A stretch of 64,000 nucleotides of DNA from Eledone cirrhosa (taxonomy: Eukaryota): positions 159,278,001 to 159,342,000 of the forward strand of contig OZ024742.1 in NCBI GenBank assembly GCA_964016885.1. The letters are read 5' to 3'. The notes under the pieces were generated by a model. The model saw only the letters and a program-made list of their open reading frames with translations. It did not search any database and was not told the origin of the DNA. Positions 26,945-40,445 of this stretch are shown here, piece by piece (position 1 is the stretch's first letter; each line of letters opens with the position of its first letter). The position numbers and the translations under genes are program-made.

Positions 26945-27350
26945 CTCGTGCTTTCGATTGATCTAAATTGATCAGTGCCCCACCGAAGCCAGGTTTACAC
27001 CCTATCATCCCTATGATGTATTGCATGAGGTGGAGATTGTTGTGTATGGACTTGGCTGGGATTGCACAAGTTTGCGCCTCCCCAACCAAATCCTCGACGA
27101 CAAGCGCCAATCTCTTTGCTAACACCTTGGCCAAAATCTTAAACTCTGTTGAGCAGAGTTATGGGCCTGAAGTTGTCTAATGTATCCCTCTTGTTCTCGT
27201 CTTTCCTTATCAGTGTCACTACTCCTCTACTCACAGAACTGGGAATATTCCCATTCTGCTGCCAGTTGCGATAGAGCGCTTCGAGGAGATCAGAGAACAA
27301 GTCTGGTATATTTACGTAAAGCTCGTAGGGCAGGCCATCCAAACCGGGTG
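26945..27350 (-). mobile_element. Internal Tx1 RT fragment, near-identical duplicate of 32173-32578
   Basis: Same sequence and the same ORF translations in the track (MISAPPKPGL..., MYPSCSRLSL...). Confidence 0.9.
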
Positions 27351-27372
27351 ATTATTATTATTATTATTATTT

Positions 27373-30191
27373 GCATTTATCTTGCTTTATGTTTATACGA
27401 GTTATCACCAAGTCACAACCAGTGACCTCAAGAGACAACAAGGTCCGCCATGTTCAAGAAAGAACACACATATTCACACATGCATCCTTAGTGTTTAGAC
27501 TTGTGATGTACTTATATTGACAGGATCTTCCTTAGTATATGGGCAGTTCCCATTAGTACTATCTTTTGTATTTCTCCTATACGCGGGTTTCCTGGGATTT
27601 GCGATAAGTAGTCGTTAGACCCCTTAGGTATCATTCCCAGAGCGCCTACAACCACTGGTATTGTTTTAGTTCTCAATTTCCACATTTTTCCAATTTCTAT
27701 CTCCAGGTCCTTATACTTGCTCAATTTTTCAAATGTTTTTATAGATACATTCTTGTCTATTGGAACAGACATATCAATTAGCAGGCATACCCTCCTTTGA
27801 AAGTCCTTCAATATTATATCAGGTCTATTTGCATCTATTTTTCGGTCTGTTTGGATGCTAAAGTTCCACAAGATTGAGATGTGATCTTTTTCAAGTATGG
27901 GAGGTGGTTGATGCTCCCACCAATTCTTTTGATGGGGCAGGTCAAAATGCTTACACATTATCCAATGTATGTATTGTGCAGCTCTGTCATGCCTGTTTAG
28001 GTATTCGGTTGGAGCTATAGGACTGCACATTGAAATTATATGGTCAATGGTCTCTGGTTGTTTTTTGCATACACGGCATAATGGGCTGCACCCATTTTTT
28101 ATTATGTTGGCTTGGTAATTTTTTGTTGGCAGACACTGATCTTGTGCGGATATAATCAGTCCTTCAGTCTCCGATTTCAGTCCAGAGGATGCCAACCACT
28201 GATGGGTTAAAGTTTTGTCAACATCAGGATTGTTAGCTCGCTCTGGGTATTTTCCATACAGAGGCTTTTCTTGCCATTTCTTAGCCAGTTTCTGTAGCAG
28301 TTCTTTCTTTGCAGTTACTTTTACCTGCTTTGCTTTTTCTGTGTTTTCCATTTCAGCAGTAAATGGGACTTCTGAAATTTGTAGTCCATTACTGTATCTT
28401 TGTGCATCTTTTGTAATGGAATATGATCTTTTGGTGCTTTCGTGTTTCAAAACGAGTTTGATCATCCAATCATGTGATTCCCTTAGATATGTGGATAATC
28501 CAATTGTTGCAGTTTTCAACGCAATGTCTAACTGGATTAACCCACGTCCTCCTTCTTTCCTAGGGAGATATATTCTATCTATGTCTGCCTTAGGGTGATG
28601 CATTCTGTGCATGGTTAAGAATTTTCGGATTTTTGTATCGAGCCTACGGATCTCTGTGCTTGACCAGTTGATGATATTGTAACTGTAGGTTACTACTGGT
28701 ATGGCAAGCGTGTTTATGGCATCGATCCTATTCCTTGCATTCAATTCCGTTCTTAAGATTGCTCTGACTCTGCGGTAACATTCCTTCCTTATCCTTTCCC
28801 TCATTGTCGAGTGCTTGATTCCGTCTCCTTCACAAACACCTAGATATTTGTAAGTTTGTTCTTGATCAAGCTCTCTTATCACGTTCCCCCGATCAAGATT
28901 AATGTCTGAACTCTTCAGCAGCTTTCCTCTGGTGAACGTTGCTTTGGCGCATTTATCCAGTCCAAACTCCATTTTAATGTCATCACTGAACTGCTTTACA
29001 GTGGATAATAGCCCTTGCAATTGTTCATCATTTTTTGCAAATAGTTTCAGGTCATCCATGTAGAACAGGTGATTAATGGTTTTATCATAGACTCTATATC
29101 CATGTTTTGTTTCATTGAGCATTTTACTTAATGGTATAAGTGCGATGCAGAATAAAAGCGGTGATAAAGAGTCACCCTGAAAAATTCCACAATTAATGTT
29201 AACTTCTCCAGCTTCCAGTGATTTTGTTTCACTATTCAAAAGGAGTGTCGTTCTCCATGTCCTCATACTGAATGACAAAAACCTCCTGATAACGGGGGAT
29301 ATTTTGAAAATCTCTAAACATTTTTCAATCCAACTGTGTGGCAAACTATCAAATGCTTTTTTATAATCTATCCAAGCAATCGATAGATTTTTGTGTCTAT
29401 TATGACAATCTTCCAGTATCATTTTGTTAACCAGAAGCTGATACTTACAGCCATATGAGCCTCGTTTACACCCTTTCTGCTCAATGGGAAATAGGTCATT
29501 TGTTATCAGGTGGTCATATGTGTATTGAGTTAGGACTGATGTTAAAATTTTATACATTGTGGTCAAGCAGGTTATCGGTCTGTAATTTTTGGGATTGTTT
29601 GTCTCATCATTCTTCGGTAGCAGGAATGTAATGCCGTTAACTAGCCATGATGGTATCTTTTCTGGCTCCTTAACTATTTCATTGTAAAGTTGGGCTAACA
29701 GCTCATGAGACTCTGTGAAGGCATTTATCCAAAAGTTTTGTATTTTGTCTTTTCCTGGGGATTTCCATTTGCTGGTTTTTCTTAGAGCCAAGCGCAGCTG
29801 TTCAACTGTTATATTTTCCCATGTTTGTTCTTCAAGGTGAGCTGTTTCTTTCATTTGTCTGTCTATCCATGGGGCATGTATGTTATGAACTTTTTCTTCG
29901 GCCCAGATCTTTTCCCAGAATTCTTGCACTTCCTCCTTGGGTGGTATTGATTTAGCAGTTATTGTTGACTTACCAATTTTTCTGTAGAAGTTTCTTTGGT
30001 TGTTTTTGAACATATTATTGTCCTTATAGAATCTAGATCGTTTTTCAAAGCGCCTTATACGAGCAGCTTTGGCCGACACTTTTTGCTTGATTATTTCTAT
30101 CAGCATGTCTATGTCACATGTTGATTTTATACTGTACTTTTTTTTCAATTTTCTAAGTTTAGTTTGTTTAATATGTTCACCTACTTTATAG

Positions 30192-30195
<4 letters not shown>
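27373..30195 (-). mobile_element. R4/Dong-clade element, distinct family, 5'-truncated, flanked by (TAA)n
   Basis: TTA tracts at 27351-27372 and 30196-30251. Confidence 0.9.
27512..30148 (-). CDS. Uninterrupted 878-aa RT + CCHC + RLE endonuclease ORF (N-terminus missing)
   Basis: WKSPGKD, YRPITCL, IDYKKAFDS, GIFQGDSLSP, FYMDD, CRVC..ETIDHIISMC, NRPDIIL, KLSKYKDL. Confidence 0.9.
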   Translation of the reverse strand: MKKKYSIKSTCDIDMLIEIIKQKVSAKAARIRRFEKRSRFYKDNNMFKNNQRNFYRKIGKSTITAKSIPPKEEVQEFWEKIWAEEKVHNIHAPWIDRQMKETAHLEEQTWENITVEQLRLALRKTSKWKSPGKDKIQNFWINAFTESHELLAQLYNEIVKEPEKIPSWLVNGITFLLPKNDETNNPKNYRPITCLTTMYKILTSVLTQYTYDHLITNDLFPIEQKGCKRGSYGCKYQLLVNKMILEDCHNRHKNLSIAWIDYKKAFDSLPHSWIEKCLEIFKISPVIRRFLSFSMRTWRTTLLLNSETKSLEAGEVNINCGIFQGDSLSPLLFCIALIPLSKMLNETKHGYRVYDKTINHLFYMDDLKLFAKNDEQLQGLLSTVKQFSDDIKMEFGLDKCAKATFTRGKLLKSSDINLDRGNVIRELDQEQTYKYLGVCEGDGIKHSTMRERIRKECYRRVRAILRTELNARNRIDAINTLAIPVVTYSYNIINWSSTEIRRLDTKIRKFLTMHRMHHPKADIDRIYLPRKEGGRGLIQLDIALKTATIGLSTYLRESHDWMIKLVLKHESTKRSYSITKDAQRYSNGLQISEVPFTAEMENTEKAKQVKVTAKKELLQKLAKKWQEKPLYGKYPERANNPDVDKTLTHQWLASSGLKSETEGLIISAQDQCLPTKNYQANIIKNGCSPLCRVCKKQPETIDHIISMCSPIAPTEYLNRHDRAAQYIHWIMCKHFDLPHQKNWWEHQPPPILEKDHISILWNFSIQTDRKIDANRPDIILKDFQRRVCLLIDMSVPIDKNVSIKTFEKLSKYKDLEIEIGKMWKLRTKTIPVVVGALGMIPKGSNDYLSQIPGNPRIGEIQKIVLMGTAHILRKILSI

Positions 30196-30251
<56 letters not shown>

Positions 30252-30253
<2 letters not shown>

Positions 30254-33200
30254 TTTATTGGCCACAAGGGTCGAAATGTAGGGGACAATACAAAGACAGG
30301 GACAGTGGGGTTTACAATGAGGTCGAGTAAAAGTGCACAATGGCAAGACTAATTTAACAATGAAGATATAAAAAATATAAAATAAACTATGCATAAATAT
30401 AACAAAATAAATTCCCCTATAGAGGGTGGACGACCCAGGGGTGACTCAGGTACCCCACCAATCCTGAACCCCCCTGCGTTTCTAGGGCACGCAGGGAGAG
30501 CACCTCTCTCCTCAAATTAGCTAGCCTATAGGCGCATGATCAGAGTAGGCCCATTCACACGGGCCATTCTCGCCACATTCATCCACCTTTTAGCTAATGT
30601 ACTGGGGGGGGGGTCACTTTTCTCTCCACCCTCACCTTCCTTTCCAGGTGAAACTTGAAGAAGTTGATGAGGGATTGGCCGAAAAGAAAAGTGTCTGTCT
30701 TCAGTCCTTTCAATCTGGTCCACCATACAACCTCTTTCGCAACGGCCACCAGACAGAGGAAAATTGCCTGCTCTTCCTGACCGAAGGAAGGCGGCGAGTT
30801 GATCTTGACTATGGACTCGGCCGATAGCCGGATCCGTTCTCCACGCGACAGTAGCTGTTCGACATACTTCACAAGTCAGTAATGCACGGACATTGGACAA
30901 GTGCGTGCAGAACTGTTTCGTCGCTCTGCGCGCATCTTGGACAGGTCCGTCTGACAGCACTTCCGTGTCTGTAGAGTTTATCCCAAGCCGGCAGTGCGCC
31001 CCGGTAGCACTGCTAAGAGAGGGATTTCTGGAAATTGCTCATCGTCCTCGACTAGAAAGTCCTCCGGAACAGACTGGTCAGTTCGACTTCATCGAGGCAC
31101 AAAGCGTCTCCGAGTGCGTCATCGCACTTACCCACCACTAATCCTCTATAGAACTCGAGAGTGGAAGTTCCACTGATCGCATTCTCCGCTTGGTAGAGGG
31201 CAGTGAGTGCCTCTCAACATTCCAGATGCCAGTCACCCAGTCTCGGTCTCGTGACCCAGGACTGCAGTTCAGTCAAAGAAACGAGCTGCGGAAAGGCCCG
31301 TCTAAGAAACGGCGACCACACCTGTTCACCGCTTAGGCAGAATATCTGGAGATGTCGCAGCCTCAGCGCATGTCTGCGCATCATTAGCCACGGCATGCCC
31401 AGCCCTGCGCGTAGAGGGTGCTGGCAGCAGATGTACCGCCTCACCAACGGAACTTGTCCTCACCAGAAAAATTTGAAGTGGAGCCGTTCCAACTTGACGA
31501 GGCGTGGACGGGGGCAAGGCACGACGGTCAGGCGATAGTAGATGATGTACGCGATGTACGCATTCGCCACCTCCGCGCGACCTTTCAGTGATAGCTTCCT
31601 CGCAGCCCATTTTTGGGTGAGCCTGGCTACCCTGCTCGTTACCTCGTCCCAATCCTTTTCCACCTGGAGGTCTGGTCCGAACCAAACCCCAAGCAACTTT
31701 ACCGTTCCGTCCTTCCAGTGCCCCACAACGCAGTTGGACGGCATGGGCTTGCCTCTCCAGGTTCCGAGCTGCAAGCCCACCGACTTTTCCGGGTTAAGTT
31801 TGGCTTCTGTCAACTTTTCATATTCTTTCAATAAGGTGCCGACCACCTCGATTTCTGAAGTTTCCGACACCATCACGGTGATGATGTCCGCATAAGCCGA
31901 CACAGCCTTTCCGCGTCCCGGCTTGAGCAGGATGCCCTGCAACAGCTCCAGCTTCCGCAGTAAAGGCTCGAGAGTCAATACGTACAGAAGGGAAGAGAGA
32001 GGGAACCCTTGACGGACCGAACGGGAGAGCCGAAATGGTTCTGAGAGGTGGCCATTAACTTTGACCGCCGAGCGTGTGCCGCTGTTCATTGCAGCGATCC
32101 AGTTTCTAAAGACAGGGCCGAAGCCAGCTGCTTTGAGGAGAAACTCCAGATACCGATGGTCGACCCTATCGAATGCTTTCGATTGATCTAAATTGATCAG
32201 TGCCCCACCGAAGCCAGGTTTACACCCTATCATCCCTATGATGTATTGCATGAGGTGGAGATTGTTGTGTATGGACTTGGCTGGGATTGCACAAGTTTGC
32301 GCCTCCCCAACCAAATCCTCGACGACAAGCGCCAATCTCTTTGCTAACACCTTGGCCAAAATCTTAAACTTTGTGTTGAGCAGAGTTATGGGCCTGAAGT
32401 TGTCTAATGTATCCCTCTTGTTCTCGTCTTTCCTTATCAGTGTCACCACTCCTCTACTCACAGAACTGGGAATACTCCCATTCTGCTGCCAGTTGCGATA
32501 GAGCGCTTCGAGGAGATCAGAGAACAAGTCTGGTATATTTACGTAAAGCTCGTAGGGCAGGCCATCCAAACCGGGTGACTTGCGCCTCATGCAGCCGACA
32601 AGGGCGTCCTGAATTTCGGCTGAAGTAATCGGCCTTTCGCAGCGCTCAGCGTCGACCGTTGAGATACGCGGCAAGCCATCAAGGTAGGGACTGAAATCCG
32701 CTACTCTCTCTGACTCGCCACTCTCTCCGAACAACCGAGCTAAGTGCTGGCGAAAAGCCTCACACATCCGCTTGGATTCGCTTATCTCGTATTCGTCTCA
32801 GTCCGCCAAAGACCGAATTGTGGTTTTATTACCACGCTGCGCCTCCGCCACGTGGGCCCATCGAACAGCTTTGGTTCCCTCGCCTTAGCACTGACAATGC
32901 AACCTTCGTGTTTCGCATTGAAGAAATAGTCTAATGCCATTCTCGCCGCTAGCTGCAATGCCACTACAAATAGCCTCGTCTAACTTATCTACCAGCTCCC
33001 ACTCCTTTCTATTTTTCTCTAACGCTAGTTCTTTGCTGAACTCTATCGAAGTTACTCTAATTTCTCTTTTGAGAGCCACCCCTTCCTCCACCATCTGTTG
33101 TTGATGATCCCCCCTGTCAACTATTGCTTAACTAAATTGTTGACTCGGTCCCTGTAAGCCTTACGTGCCGGAAATGACATGTTCAGCTTCCAGTAACCTG

Positions 33201-33268
33201 GTGCCAACCTGCGCGTTTTATCTAGGTCGACTATACAGATCACAAATTTGTGATCTGAATAGGCGACC
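30252..33268 (-). mobile_element. L1/Tx1-clade element, second subfamily, 5'-truncated and decayed
   Basis: ORFs 31460-32767, 31214-31447 and 30594-30872 are homologous to the 13-18 kb ORF2; AATAAA plus a (TAA)n tail on the minus strand. Confidence 0.92.
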
Positions 33269-33269
33269 G

Positions 33270-33515
33270 TTTTATAAAAATAATTGTTTCTACTTTTGGC
33301 ACAAGGCCAGCAATTACCCAATGCATTACTGGTACTTTATTCTATCGACCCCGGAAGGATGAAAGGCAAAGTTAACCTCGGCGGGTTTTATAAAAATAAT
33401 TGTTTCTACTTTAGGCACAAGGCCAGCAATTAGCCTGTGCATTACTGGTACTTTATTTTATCGACCCCGTAAGGATGAAAGGCAAAGTCAACCTCGGCGG
33501 GATTTGAACTCAAGA
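33270..33515 (-). mobile_element. Two tandem partial tRNA-derived SINEs
   Basis: Reverse complement has the B box GAGTTCAAATCC and the core ctttgcctttcatcc...ggggtcgataaaataaagtaccag (resembles the MetaSINE-type core). Confidence 0.8.
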
Positions 33516-33697
33516 TATGTACTTTATATAATCTCTATTTATTTCATTATATATATTTCAAAGATGTAAAGTTTTATGTATAACATAAAGCAAAACATGC
33601 TCTCCCCAGACAAAATATATAGAAAATGTATAATTTTTTTCCCTGATATGCTGGTAGACAAACGAACTGGACAGATCGGTGACCACATATATATATA

Positions 33698-33857
<160 letters not shown>

Positions 33858-34309
33858 CAGTTGTTTTCAACGACAATAAGTTTTGCATGTCTTCTCTTCT
33901 CAGAGTCCAGGTTTCATATGCTATGAGGATATAGATAGTCCAGGTTTCATTTGCATAGGCTATAGATTGCTATGAGGATGTTAGAAGGGGTAACTTTTCT
34001 GCTCAATATTTTCCCCTTACCCTTCTAAAAGCAGCCGAGGCTAGTCTTTGCGGGTTTTAGAAAGGTACCATATTGGTGACTGGCACGGATAAGACCACCA
34101 AAACTGCAATATGGTTAGAGGCAACAAACATAACCATACTCTATCGTCCTTCGGTAGAAGCCTTATGTAGAAAGCTCTGTTTGAAAAATATGAATTCAGT
34201 CTTCATCTCTTGCTGCAAGAACTGGCGATTTGACTGCGATCTATCCTGGGACGCGTGAAATAGACGCGCAAAGATTGCGTATCCCGAGACTCCAAAGAGG
34301 GTTCGGAAG

Positions 34310-35040
34310 GGAGTAAACCATAACCATTGGAACCTAAAACATCATGACCGTCACATATAAGGAACAGGAACTTGTGGAGGAGGCCAGATGCCACCAGCTA
34401 GATATAGTCGGGGTTTCCTCAACAAAATTCCGTGGCTCTGGTACTGCAGATTTGGATGGAGGATGGAAACTCCACTATTCAGGTGTGGAGCCAGGCGAGA
34501 GTGGGGATACTCACAAGCCCCCGGCTGACAGAATACATTATGGAGTGGATCCCAGTAGTGGGGAAGATTTGCCTCTTAAAGCTTAGGCTGAAAGATAGGT
34601 CTCTGTGGTTGGTGTAAATTTATGCACCAAACAGAGAGTCTGAATACAGACCCTTATTTGATGAAGTCACTGTAACGTTAGATGTAGTTAAGACTGAGTC
34701 ATATATTCTAATGGGAGACTCTGGGAGACACTGACTGCCTGGCATGGAAAGGAGTGATTGGAAGGCACAGCGATCCCAATCTAAATACGAATAAAGAGGC
34801 CTTATTAAAATATGTTCTTCTAATGGGCTCTCTATTATGAACATCTTCCAGTACAAAGAAATCCATAAATATACATGGTATAAGGGGAATAAAGGTCAGA
34901 CATCAATAATTGATTTTGTTATTGTCACTGATCTCTTCGATACTGTACTGGATGTGCGTGAGGTTGAGCTGTCAGCTTATCACCATCTAGTTATCTGCAA
35001 CCTGAGACTACCTAAAGTCAAAGAAGCCCACAAACTACAG
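34310..35040 (+). pseudogene. RTE (Expander-like) AP endonuclease fragment
   Basis: KEQELVEEARCHQLDIVGVSSTK..GSGT..LDGGWKLHYSGV; YAPN; MGDS; MNIFQYKEIHKYTW...SIIDFVIV...SAYHHLV. Confidence 0.8.
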
Positions 35041-35379
35041 GAAAAAGTAGGAAGCATTGGTGGATCAGTGTCCAGTATACTGATACTATTGCACCTAAAT
35101 TCAGAAAACTACCTGAGCAAACTGAGGACGTTGAATAAGACACTTTATTTCACGTTGCTCCAGTTTACTTCAGCTGTAGAAATGAGTTGCGACATCACTA
35201 GTGCCAAGTTCTAGCCTTTCCTTTCCCCGTGAACAACATTGGTGGCACGAGAGGGGAAACTGGTATGTATGGGCGACTGTTGGTTTTCTGCAAAAACACC
35301 TCTAAATTCGTGACTATTTAGAAAAATTAATTGAAAATTGTAAGCAGTGCCTTGCTTTAGAAATATGGTAACTTTAGAC

Positions 35380-35550
35380 ATACAAGGCCAGCAATTACCC
35401 AGTACATTACTGGTACTTTATTTTATCGACCCCGCAAGGATGAAAGGCAAAGTTAACCTCGGCGGGATTTGAACTCAGAATGGCAAGGGCCGTAACTCTA
35501 TGCGTCAAAGCATGGCGTCCGACCCTCTATCGATACTGCCAATCCAATAA
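35380..35550 (-). mobile_element. tRNA-derived SINE
   Basis: Same family as 33270-33515 and 58105-58300. Confidence 0.8.
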
Positions 35551-35619
35551 TAAAAAAGCAAACAAATATATCGTATACCTATCTATCTATGAATCTATCT
35601 ATACATACATATAAATATA

Positions 35620-36752
35620 TATACTATAAATTATAAATTATGTCCACAGAATCATTTGATAAGATATATATACTCCATTTCTTCTCCCAATTAGCATAAT
35701 TAACCACACAAAAAAACAATTAAACCAGGCTATAAGATTAAAAGGTACCTATGAAGAAATAATAGATTCGCTTTCGGAAATATCCTATCAAGGATAAATT
35801 CACGAGCTTCGAACCCTTCAGGAAACAAACTCACTTGGACGAAGATTTTTCTTAAATGACCCCCGACAGAAACGAATTCAAAATGGCTAAGAACTGTGAC
35901 GTGGCAGTGGTCAAGTCAGAAAGAATGTGATTGGTGCCTTACGGCGAGTGGGCTGGTTGCTAGAAAGCGCAGCCTAATATTGTCTAAATTGCATCTCAAC
36001 CTTATGGGAGATTATCAAATATAAAGATTTACATATAGATATATATGTTTTTGGCTACCATTCACGATGTGGCTCAATGATGAATTAATAAATTAAATAA
36101 TCAGAGCAATATACTATAAATTATGTCCATAGAATCATTTGATAAGATATATACTCCATTTCCTCTCCCAATTAGCATAATAAACCGCACAAAAAACCAA
36201 TTAAACCAAGCTATAAGATTAAAAGGCACCTATGAAGAAATAATAAATAAATAAACGACAGCCATCTATTCGCGATCAACAGCTATAGAATATTTACCCA
36301 GCATTTCAATAGCACGTGGAAATCGATTAAATATATCGTCAACCATACTAATTAGGTATAAAATTAAAGTTAGAAGAAAAAAATGCATATACACATACCA
36401 GGATTACGTTTCTACCCTTTAGGGTTTCGTTCGCTTTCGGAAATATCCAATCAAGGATAAATTCACGAGCTTCGAACTCACCAGGTAACAAACTCACTTG
36501 GACGAAGATTTTTCTTAAATGATCCCCGCCAGAAACGAATTCAAAATGGCTAAGAACTGTGACGTGGTAGTGGTCAAGTCAGAAAGAATGTGATTGGTGC
36601 CTTACGGAGAGTGGGCTGGTTGCTAGAAAGCGCAGCCTAATATTGCCTAAATTGCATCTCAACCTTATGGGAGATTATCAAATATAAAGATTTACATATA
36701 GATATATATGTTTTTGGCTACCATTCACGATGTGGCTCAATGATGAATTAAT
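35620..36752 (+). repeat. Tandem two-unit repeat, probable decayed PLE 3' end
   Basis: 35625-36110 and 36112-36750 are direct repeats, related to 43020-43940; GIY-YIG-like tail LGTKLKLEEKIHI in the 43 kb copy. Confidence 0.6.
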
Positions 36753-36922
36753 AATCGGTTTGTTTGTAACGCGGTGTAATTCGGGCTGTTTGTTTACAAA
36801 CAAACCGAACATTATAATAAATGTTCGGTAAACCCAGACGTACATATATATATGTGTGCATGTATGTATATATATACATACTACTGTGCGTCTGTACACA
36901 TATATGTATGTACGTATACATA

Positions 36923-36996
<74 letters not shown>

Positions 36997-36997
36997 A

Positions 36998-37055
<58 letters not shown>

Positions 37056-37060
37056 TATAT

Positions 37061-37148
<88 letters not shown>

Positions 37149-37454
37149 GTGTATGTATGTATGTATATATGGATGTATGTATGTATGTGTGCATGTAAGA
37201 ATGTATGTGTACCCGCGCGCGTTTATGTCCCATAAATTAACAGTTATCGATAAAATAAGAAAGCTTGAAAACAAAATAAGTACTGGATTGACTAAAACTA
37301 CTCTTAATTGTCTAGAACTTTGTTAGAGCTTTTATAAATGACGCTAGCATAAACTTTAAGGAAAGTTTGATTCCTACTTTTAGCAAGTTGTGACAATGCA
37401 GAGCTGACTCATTGGTTCAATGATACTGATGAGAATCGGGAGACTGAGTGTGAT

Positions 37455-38385
37455 GTGTTCTAATTTAGGCACAAGGCCAGCAATTTGTGGGGAGGAAAAA
37501 GCCGATTATATCGGCCCCATTACTAACTGGTACTTTATTTTATTGATCATGGAAATGCGAAAATCAAAGTTGACCTCAACGAGATTTGAACTCAGAACGT
37601 AGAAATGTGTAACTAAATGCTGCAAAGCAATTTTTCCGATACACTTACGATGTTGCCAATCCATCAAGCTAATGGTGGTAGTAATAATTGTGTCTACTTT
37701 TGGCACAGGGTCAGCAATTTGAAAGGAAGGAGATAGTTGATTAAATCTACTCCTCTGTGTTACTGGTGCTATATTTCCTCGACCCCGTAAGGAGGAAAGG
37801 CAAAGTTAACCTCGGCGGTATTTGAACTCAGAACATTAAAGGACGTAACTATATGCCACAAAGCATGTTACCGACTCTATAACGATACCCTCAACACACC
37901 CTCGTACTGATAATAATAATAATGGTTTCTTATATAGGCACAAGTCCAGCAATTTGAAGGGGGGGGGGGTCGATTAAATCGATCTCAGTGCTTATTGGTA
38001 CGTTATTTTATCGATCCCGTAAGAATGAAAGGCAAAGGTAACCTCGGCGGGATTTGAACTCAGAACATAAAACACAGTAACAATATGCCGCAAAGCATTT
38101 TGTCCGACGCTCTACCGATATAACCAATTCGCCGCACTAATAATGATAATGATACCAATGATTTCCAGTATAGGCACAAGGCCAGTAATTTAGGGGGAGG
38201 GGAAAGTCGATTAAATCGACCCCAGTACATCACTGGTGCTTATTTTCTCGACCCCGTAAGGATGAAAGGCAAAACTAACCTCGGCGGCATTTGAACACAG
38301 AATGTAAAGGACTACCACTCTGTGCCGTATATCATATTTGTCACTATACCGATACTGGCAATCCATCAAGCTTATAGTGCTAGTA
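37455..38385 (-). mobile_element. Cluster of four same-orientation tRNA-derived SINEs
   Basis: Repeated ggcacaaggccagcaattt...cgaccccgtaaggatgaaaggcaaagttaacctcggcgg..tttgaactcagaa units, each starting in short TAA runs. Confidence 0.85.
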
Positions 38386-38750
38386 ATAATGATGATAATG
38401 ACTTGGTAAAAAAAAGACATTAATCATTGAACCAATAAAGATGCAAGCAAACACGAACTGATGTAAAGAATAATAAGTAGCTTTATCATATATTGTATTG
38501 TAGTCATAGTTAGAAGGTATGAAGGGTGTTTAGTACACCAGTATGACAATACAAAGGGAAAACAAAATGTTTCAAAGTCCCGGGAGACATATCGTAAAAT
38601 AATATCAATGAATATTGGAAAGAAAATAAAAAACAAAAGCTAAAGAAAAACAAATATTGAAATGAACATGACTAAACTAATATCAAACAATACAGACATG
38701 CACACATACATATATACACACACACACATATATATACACACATATATATA

Positions 38751-38800
<50 letters not shown>

Positions 38801-38808
38801 TATAAGCA

Positions 38809-38949
<141 letters not shown>

Positions 38950-39064
38950 ATAATTGTTTCTACTTTTGGCACAAGGCCACCAATTATCCCAGTGCATTTT
39001 CTGGTACTTTATTTTTTATCGACCCCGTAAGGATGAAAGGCCAAGTTAACCTCATATATATATA

Positions 39065-39546
39065 ATATAAAACGAAAAATCAGTGATGCATCTGGACTCA
39101 GTTTATTGCGTGTTACAATTGTTTCGCCGGCAGATAGCTCGAGACACGATCATTGTATGGATCTGTCTGATTCTAGATCTGCAGATTCTTCGGACACATG
39201 CAATAGTTTCGGAACAAACTTTCTCACTGGGGTGTTAGCTTCAAAAAACATCTTCCTCTCCTGTCTTGCTATTGGCTGTTGTTTTTCTACGTCATCATAA
39301 ATTCTGGTCAATATTTGCTGCCAAACTGGCCATCAGCTACTCTCCGTCCGACACACTTCACTAGACTCATGCTGGGTTTGGTATTTCACAAGTCCGCTCA
39401 CACACACATATATACCCACATATACCCACACACATATATACACACATACACCATACACACACACGCGGACACCTACATATATATGCATACACATATGTAC
39501 ACACACATATGTACGAATATACACCCGCATATATATACATACACAT

Positions 39547-39604
<58 letters not shown>

Positions 39605-40191
39605 CCACGACCATATACATACCAACATACACGTCCACAGGCGCCCGCCTATATAGCCTCCTACATCCGCTCTCACACGCACGCACACGCGCACACACAC
39701 GTACACGCATACAAGGACATATACCTGCGTACGCGTACATTTGCTCATATACACAAACACGTACAGACATATACATAGACACACACACGCACATATACAC
39801 ACCTGTCCTTATAGAGAGGCACAAAGAAAGACACGCTCCCAAAGACACATACACACATATATTCATACATATATATATATATCTACACATATGTGTATGC
39901 ACACGCACACAACCTACTCACAAACAATCCCTACCATATGTAGGTGCACCTACACACACATACACAGACCCCTACCCCTCTCCACACACACGCACTGGCT
40001 TATATACATTTTAACAAATACGCGCCCAATTACCTCCGTGTCCACGCATTTCCACAGAGACATACACACGCGCACATGCCCATACCCCAATGTGATATAC
40101 TCACAGTCATATACATCAGCACAAAAGGTCATACAGGGTCATCCATGGAAGGATGCATCCTGTTATACATGCACAAATATAAACCATGTAA

Positions 40192-40195
<4 letters not shown>
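39065..40195 (-). mobile_element. PLE-type terminal repeat with HHR (39109-39198, core CCGAAGA) and CA-rich body
   Basis: Diverged homologue of 40310-40730 and 42593-43018. Confidence 0.6.
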
Positions 40196-40227
<32 letters not shown>

Positions 40228-40354
40228 GTATAATGGTAGCTATGGTGCTTCCATAGGCGGTATGCCAAAATTAGCACTCGATATTCAGCAGAGTAGAGTG
40301 TAGATAGTATAAAGAAAACGAAAAATCAGTGATGCATCTGGACTTAATTTATTG

Positions 40355-40445
40355 CGTGTTACAATTGTTTCGCCGGCAGGTACCTCGAGACATGGTCCTT
40401 ATATGGATCCGGCTGATTCTACTGCTGCAGGTTCTTTCAGACACG
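40355..40445 (-). ncRNA. Type I hammerhead-like motif, core CUGAAAGA
   Basis: Inverted copy of 42878-42968. Confidence 0.55.

Noticed and set aside
36067-36110. gctca-ATGATGA...TAAA..TC-agagc possible HHR relic (also ~43668-43707)
   Set aside because: C3 and G12 are both missing; too degenerate to call.
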